Below, one piece after another: positions 59,195-64,000 of a stretch of 64,000 nucleotides of DNA. Below the pieces are notes generated by a model. The model was not told where the DNA came from. It saw nothing but the letters and a program-made list of their open reading frames with translations, and made no database searches. Both the position numbers and the translations under genes were made by a program. The stretch is from an uncultured Gemmatimonadales bacterium (GTDB lineage Bacteria; Gemmatimonadota; Gemmatimonadetes; Gemmatimonadales; GWC2-71-9), in NCBI GenBank assembly GCA_963748815.1, contig CAVVKJ010000011.1:1-64000 (forward strand), read 5' to 3'. Every line of letters begins with the position of its first letter. Positions within the stretch are counted from its first letter, which is position 1.

Positions 59195-61072
59195 TCAGCC
59201 GGCGTGCCCGCTGGGACGCCAGTGCGCAAAGGGGCGGTACGCCTGCCCGCCAGGACTGTGGAACTTTCCGAAGAACTCGACATAGTGCAGCCGCAATCCG
59301 TGGATGGTCGGGGCAAAGATGCCGAGCGCGAAATTGACGAGATGGAACAGCAGCGCGAAGAGCACGCCGACGAGCACGCTGCCGACGCTGCCGGCCAGTT
59401 CGTTCGCCACCACCGCCATCATCACCGACGCGGTACCGAGCGCCATGATGCGGGCGTAGGAGAGGATGTTGCTCAGGGTGGAGAGGAACTCGATCGGCGC
59501 GATGATCCCCTCCGCCAGGATCAGCACGGGAAAGAGCACCAGCAGGCCGATGACCGCGGGCGTCAGGAAGCCGTGGGGGAGGACTTCGAGGGCCGCCAGC
59601 AGCACCACGACGATCAGGAGCACCATGACCAGCGAGGCGCCCTTCCCGACCGCCTGCCGCGGGTGGCCGCGGCTGGCGTTGTACACGCCGAGCGCCAGGC
59701 CGAGGACGATGTGGACGGCGCCGATGGCGATGGCCAGGCCGAGGAAAGCGAGGAGTGAATGTTCGCGGTCGAGGAGGAGGGGCCGCAGGCCGAACCACCG
59801 CGCGCCCAGGTCGCCGAAGAACTCCCCGAAGGCGAAGCCGAACGCGACGGTGAACGCCGCGCCCGCGCCAAGCACTTCCGCGACGGCGCGCCGGGTGCTG
59901 CCCGGGGCGCCACCGCGCCGGAGCCAGAGCGCGATGATCGCCAGGACGAGCCCATAGCCGATGTCACCGAGAATCAGGCCGAAGAACATCGGAAAGAAGA
60001 CGGCGACGAACGGCGTGGGGTCGATGGTGCCATACGCGGGCAGGGGGACCATCCGGGTGATGGTCTCGAACGGCCGGAAGAGGCGCGGATTCTGGAGCAC
60101 GACGGGCGCCGACTCCCCCACCCAATCCTCGCGCGCCACCGACTCGATCACGACCCCGTCGCCGAATCGTCTCGCGAGCGTCTGGGCCAACCGGGGGTAG
60201 CCGGCGGCGGGAATCCACCCTTCGACCACGAAGCTGCGCGGCGTCGCCGCGACCTTCTCCAGCGCGGCGAGCCCCAGCAGCCGGTCCTCCACGGCGGCGC
60301 GCGCCTCACCCAATCGGGGAGCGAGCTCCATCGAGATGGCGCGGCGTTGCTCTTCCAGCTCCGCCAATTCCGCGTCGATCGCATCACGGCGCGCCGTAAG
60401 CGTGGGCCCCAGCTGTCCGAGGGTCTTCCCGCCGCTCCCGTCCGGCATCGGAAGCTCGTGCACGCCGGCCTGGGCGAGCAGGCGCTCGACGCGGGGCGCG
60501 TCCGCGGGCGACACCAGGAGGACGGCGGCGAGTTCCCCGGAGGAGAGCGGCGCCGTCTCGAGCACAAACTCGTCGCCGATGGCCTGGGCCAGCCCCTCCC
60601 GCAGGCGAGCGACGACGCTGGTCTCCTGGCCACGCAGGACCAGGTGGTAGCCGTGGGTTCGGGTGCCGCTGCTGGCGGGGAGCAGTCCGCGGAAGGCGCC
60701 AATGAACTCGAGGAGCCGGCTCGTCTCCGTACGTGCGTCTTCGAGGGTCCGCTGCTTCGCGCCTATCCGGTCGGCGTCCCGACGGGCCCGGCGGAATTGT
60801 CGGAGCCAGGCGGCAAAGGCGGGAGCGTCGGGAAGAGGTGCTGTCGGGGAGCCAGTACCGAACCGTGCGGTGAGGGCGTCGACATCGCGGAGCAGCGCGC
60901 GGAGCCGTCTCGCCTCCCGCGCCTCCCTCGGCTGTGGTTCAACGGGACGGAGCGCGCCGGTCGGGTGGGCCTCCGAGAGCTGGAGGAGGCCGACGTCCTG
61001 CACGGCGTGGAGCACCGCATCGAGCTCGTCGCGGGGTCCGAGAATGCGGGCACGCACCATCGGGAGGATCAT
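59195..61072 (-). CDS. ntpI: V/A-type ATP synthase subunit I (a)
   Basis: LPAYGTIDPTP, FFGLILGDIGYG, NILSYARIMALG and IHGLRLHYVEFFGKF. Confidence 0.95.
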   Translation of the reverse strand: MILPMVRARILGPRDELDAVLHAVQDVGLLQLSEAHPTGALRPVEPQPREAREARRLRALLRDVDALTARFGTGSPTAPLPDAPAFAAWLRQFRRARRDADRIGAKQRTLEDARTETSRLLEFIGAFRGLLPASSGTRTHGYHLVLRGQETSVVARLREGLAQAIGDEFVLETAPLSSGELAAVLLVSPADAPRVERLLAQAGVHELPMPDGSGGKTLGQLGPTLTARRDAIDAELAELEEQRRAISMELAPRLGEARAAVEDRLLGLAALEKVAATPRSFVVEGWIPAAGYPRLAQTLARRFGDGVVIESVAREDWVGESAPVVLQNPRLFRPFETITRMVPLPAYGTIDPTPFVAVFFPMFFGLILGDIGYGLVLAIIALWLRRGGAPGSTRRAVAEVLGAGAAFTVAFGFAFGEFFGDLGARWFGLRPLLLDREHSLLAFLGLAIAIGAVHIVLGLALGVYNASRGHPRQAVGKGASLVMVLLIVVVLLAALEVLPHGFLTPAVIGLLVLFPVLILAEGIIAPIEFLSTLSNILSYARIMALGTASVMMAVVANELAGSVGSVLVGVLFALLFHLVNFALGIFAPTIHGLRLHYVEFFGKFHSPGGQAYRPFAHWRPSGHAG

Positions 61073-61431
61073 GCCGATTCCTCTCCCGCGATCCGAAGCA
61101 CTTCCTCGACGACCCAGGCGGCGTGACCCTGGAGATCCGCCGACCCCACGGTTTCGTATCGGTGCCGCCGCGCAGCGAGCGCCGCCTCCTCCTCCGCGAT
61201 CCTCGCTTCCGTCTCGATCGTCAAGCGGGCCGACAACTCGGCGTCGGCGGACGCCAGCTCCACGGCGAGCGAACTCGCCCGGGCCTCTGCCCGCGCTTTT
61301 CCTCGCTCCAGGACCTCCTCGGCGTCGAGGCGCGCCTGTGCCAGCATCGCCTCGAGGCGGGACTCCACATCGAGAAGACGGGCGAGGGCGCTCCGAGGCG
61401 CCGGATCGGGAGCTGACGTCGTGCGTCGCAT
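61069..61431 (-). CDS. V/A-type ATP synthase subunit G/H (peripheral stalk)
   Basis: 120-aa Ala/Glu/Arg coiled coil, first in the operon, with ATGA overlap to subunit I. Confidence 0.75.
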   Translation of the reverse strand: MRRTTSAPDPAPRSALARLLDVESRLEAMLAQARLDAEEVLERGKARAEARASSLAVELASADAELSARLTIETEARIAEEEAALAARRHRYETVGSADLQGHAAWVVEEVLRIAGEESA

Positions 61432-61527
61432 GGCTCATCCCGTCGGCCCAAGGGTTGGTAGGCCGTGATGAATACTGCCGGTCTCCGTGTGAAGAGAGGG
61501 GGAGTGGGTTCTGAAGGGACCTTTAGG

Positions 61528-61589
61528 GCGGGGAAGCAGGGAAGCGGGGAAGCGGGGAAGCGGGGAAGCGGGGAAGCGGGGAAGCGGGG
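61528..61589. repeat. 8-bp tandem repeat (GCGGGGAA)x7 plus a partial unit
   Basis: Seven units (second unit GCAGGGAA) plus GCGGGG, in the divergent intergenic region. Confidence 0.95.
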
Positions 61590-61631
61590 TCGACGATAGC
61601 GTCTTCCCAAGCGCTGCGCTAGCATTGAGAT

Positions 61632-61968
61632 ATGACTGTCCCGCGGGTCCCGTCACCCAGATATCAGGCCATCTACTCGACCGTCCGTCGCATCCCGCGG
61701 GGGCGGGTGGCGAGTTACGGACAGGTGGCGCGCGAGGCCGGGCTCACCAACGCTGCCCGCCAGGTGGGGTACGCCCTGCACGCCCTGGGGGCCGGGTTCG
61801 ACCGTGCCCTGGCACCGGGTGGTCAACGCCCAGGGGGCCATCAGCCTGCGGGATCACCACGCGCTGACCCAGCACATGCTGTTGCGGCGCGAGGGGGTCC
61901 GGTTCGATTCCAAGGGCCGTGTGGAGCTCGCCCGGTTTCGATGGGCGCCCCGTCGGCGGGCCTCCTGA
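61632..61968 (+). CDS. Alkyltransferase-like protein (ATL, MGMT family; +1 frameshift near 61795)
   Basis: IPRGRVASYGQVA and ARQVGYAL. The second frame gives VPWHRVVNAQGAIS...LRREGVRFD...RFRW to TGA 61968. Trp replaces the catalytic Cys. Confidence 0.88.
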
Positions 61969-62918
61969 CGGCGTGGCGGGCGGCAGCGTGCGTCGCGGCG
62001 CTCCACCCGCTGTTCGCAGCGGGACTGGAGGCACAAAGTGCGCCGCCCACCGAGGCCGGGTTCGTGCTGGTGCAGCACACTGAGCTCGCCGGAGCCAATG
62101 CAGGCATGATGTTCCGGTATCAGCGCCCCGACGGCGTCGGGGTGGAACTCTTCGTCACGCCGCTCCCGCCGTCGTTCGACCCGTGCACCGAGCTGTGCGC
62201 CGAGCGAGCGGTCGAATTGCTCTCGAGCCAGTTTACCCGGGCGCTCATGATTGACCTGGAGCACACTGCCGCCGACAGCGTCCGCCGCGTGGGGTCCATC
62301 ACCGTGGCGCCGCCGCCGGGGAGCTGGCTCGAGCACGGTCAGCTCACGGCCCTGCGGGAGTATCACGGCGATCGCGCCGCGGATTCCTACGTCTGGCTTT
62401 TCCTGGGACGGGAGACGCTGGTCCAGGTCCGGGGCGCGTACCCGGCCGGCGGACTCGATTTCAACGCGCTCGAGCGGTTCGTGCAGACCATCGTCCTGGC
62501 GGTGCCCGCGCCTTATGATTGTCCGTGGGGGGTGAGCACGGACCCCGCGCTCCTGAAACTCTATCCGCTCGACGTCCCGATGGCGCGGCTGCCGTTCCTG
62601 GTGGATTCCACGCTCGCGGCCCTCGGGTACAACTTTGACTTTCGGAGCGAGGCCACCGGACTCTGGCGCACCGTGCCGCGGTACGCCTGGCCCGCGGGAT
62701 CGACCCTCGACGCGACCGCTGGCACGACTCGACCGGGCATCGTCCTGGTGGTGGTGGTCGCCTTCGACGAGGGGCATTCGGTCGTGGGTATTTCCGCCCG
62801 CGGCGTCTGCCAGGTTCCGGTATCGCCGGAGCACCCGGGCGCCACCGCCCAGCTCGTACGGATGGCGACCGACTCCGCGCTGGATGCGATCCTCGGCGCG
62901 GCAGGCCACATCCGATGA
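61941..62918 (+). CDS. Hypothetical exported protein
   Basis: Signal-like N-terminus ending LEA-QS; GC3-rich frame; start approximate. Confidence 0.65.
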   Translation: MGAPSAGLLTAWRAAACVAALHPLFAAGLEAQSAPPTEAGFVLVQHTELAGANAGMMFRYQRPDGVGVELFVTPLPPSFDPCTELCAERAVELLSSQFTRALMIDLEHTAADSVRRVGSITVAPPPGSWLEHGQLTALREYHGDRAADSYVWLFLGRETLVQVRGAYPAGGLDFNALERFVQTIVLAVPAPYDCPWGVSTDPALLKLYPLDVPMARLPFLVDSTLAALGYNFDFRSEATGLWRTVPRYAWPAGSTLDATAGTTRPGIVLVVVVAFDEGHSVVGISARGVCQVPVSPEHPGATAQLVRMATDSALDAILGAAGHIR

Positions 62919-63418
62919 GTGACGACCGGACACCGTCTCGCCCCCTCGACCCGCGGGTGGACATCGGGCATGTTCACCTGAAAGTGGCCGACCTCGAGCG
63001 GGCGCTCGCCTTCTACTGCGGCGTCCTTGGCTTCGAGTTGACCCAGCGCTACGGCGACGGCGCCGCGTTCGTGAGCGCGGGCGGCTATCATCATCACATC
63101 GGGCTCAACACCTGGGAGAGCCTGGGCGGCGCGCCACCACCCGCCGGCAGCACCGGCCTCTACCACACCGCCATCCGCTATCCCGACCGGGCGTCGCTGG
63201 GCGACGCCCTCCGCCGGGTGCTCGACGCCGGCATCCGACTGGACGGCGCCAGCGACCACGGGGTGAGCGAAGCGCTCTACCTCCGCGATCCCGACGACAA
63301 CGGCGTCGAGCTCTATCGAGACCGTCCCCGAGAGGAATGGCCGCGGGACGCCACTGGTGCGCTGGTCATGGGCACCGGCCCCTTGGACATCCGGGCACTG
63401 CTGCGCGAGGCGCCATGA
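62915..63418 (+). CDS. VOC family protein (catechol 2,3-dioxygenase/glyoxalase-like)
   Basis: IGHVHLKVADLERA, GGYHHHIGLNTW, GLYHTAIRYP and DHGVSEALYLRDPDDNGVELY. Confidence 0.92.
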   Translation: MSDDRTPSRPLDPRVDIGHVHLKVADLERALAFYCGVLGFELTQRYGDGAAFVSAGGYHHHIGLNTWESLGGAPPPAGSTGLYHTAIRYPDRASLGDALRRVLDAGIRLDGASDHGVSEALYLRDPDDNGVELYRDRPREEWPRDATGALVMGTGPLDIRALLREAP

Positions 63419-63443
63419 CCGGCATCAACGCGGGAGGGGAGCG

Positions 63444-64000
63444 ATGAGTTCCGCACACACGCCCGACGGGCTTCCGCACGGACTGCCCGCCCTCTGGGAA
63501 AAGCTCACCGGCCCGCAGCGCCGCGCCGTCGCCCGGGTGCTCACGGCGCACAGCGTGGCTCGCGACGTCAACACCGAGTTCGCCGATACGCGCACCTTCG
63601 GCCAGCGGGTGTCCGACCGGATCGCGGCGTTCGGCGGATCCTGGCCCTTCATCGGCCTCGCGTTTTTCACGCTCGCCTGCTGGGTCGTGCTCAACTCGGT
63701 CCTCCTGGCGCGCCGCGGCGCCGCATTCGACCCCTATCCGTATATTCTCCTCAACCTGATCCTGTCGATGCTGGCCGCGCTCCAGGCGCCGATCATCATG
63801 ATGTCACAGAACCGGGCGGCGGCGCGAGACCGGCTGGAGGCCGCGCACGACTACGAAGTGAATCTCAAGGCCGAACTCGAAATCCAGTCGCTCCACGAGA
63901 AGCTCGACGCCCTGCGCGAGCGCGACTGGGCCGCGCTGGTCGCGATGCAGCAGCAGCAAATCCAGCTGCTCCAGCGCCTGCTGGAGCGCGCCACGGGAGA
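63444..64000 (+). CDS. DUF1003 domain membrane protein (partial, runs off window)
   Basis: TFGQRVSDRIAAFGGSW and FDPYPYILLNLILSMLAALQAPIIMMSQNR...DYEVNLKAELEI. Confidence 0.9.
   Translation, partial: MSSAHTPDGLPHGLPALWEKLTGPQRRAVARVLTAHSVARDVNTEFADTRTFGQRVSDRIAAFGGSWPFIGLAFFTLACWVVLNSVLLARRGAAFDPYPYILLNLILSMLAALQAPIIMMSQNRAAARDRLEAAHDYEVNLKAELEIQSLHEKLDALRERDWAALVAMQQQQIQLLQRLLERATG

Noticed and set aside
61528..61589. Repeat as a CRISPR array or a PRFPAS-repeat protein
   Set aside because: The units are contiguous 8-mers without spacers and there are no cas genes; the repeat-containing ORFs are just translations of the VNTR.
61632..62918. 428-aa apparent MGMT fusion to a large unknown domain
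   Set aside because: A frameshift at ~61795 joins atl to the next gene; the PWHRV half lies in another frame ending at 61968.

Overview
The window is composite. Bases 1-~5806 are AT-rich and look spirochaetal. They carry the ilvD 5' part, a Loa22-like OmpA lipoprotein, rsgA, an MlaF-like ABC ATPase, a PilZ protein, ilvE and a stand-alone MshEN-like protein. At ~5807 the sequence switches abruptly to very GC-rich DNA that starts in the middle of an MscS-like gene, which most likely marks a contig join rather than biology. The GC-rich ~58 kb resembles Gemmatimonadota (inferred from gene families). It is densely packed with stress, detoxification and peptidase genes: four DinB, two pirin, two SRPBCC, OsmC, glutathione peroxidase, nitroreductase and M13/M24/M50/P1 peptidases. 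It also holds a ferritin-nirK-yaiI-PCuAC cluster, a DEAD-box helicase, a cold-shock protein, a desaturase, an LmtA-like methyltransferase and a complete 9-gene V/A-type ATPase operon. About ten genes carry small indels consistent with uncorrected long-read errors. I found no rRNA, tRNA, CRISPR array, integrase or transposase. The best candidates for undescribed biology are: a membrane-anchored LuxR/DUF2231 divergent pair with two visible binding-site repeats; a promoter-bounded ~105-nt candidate sRNA; a three-copy small TM+coiled-coil 'ERLDFAERxL' family; a DUF305+LVIVD metal-binding pair; and structured leaders on the csp and ABM-like genes. All family assignments come from motif recognition by eye, not from database searches.
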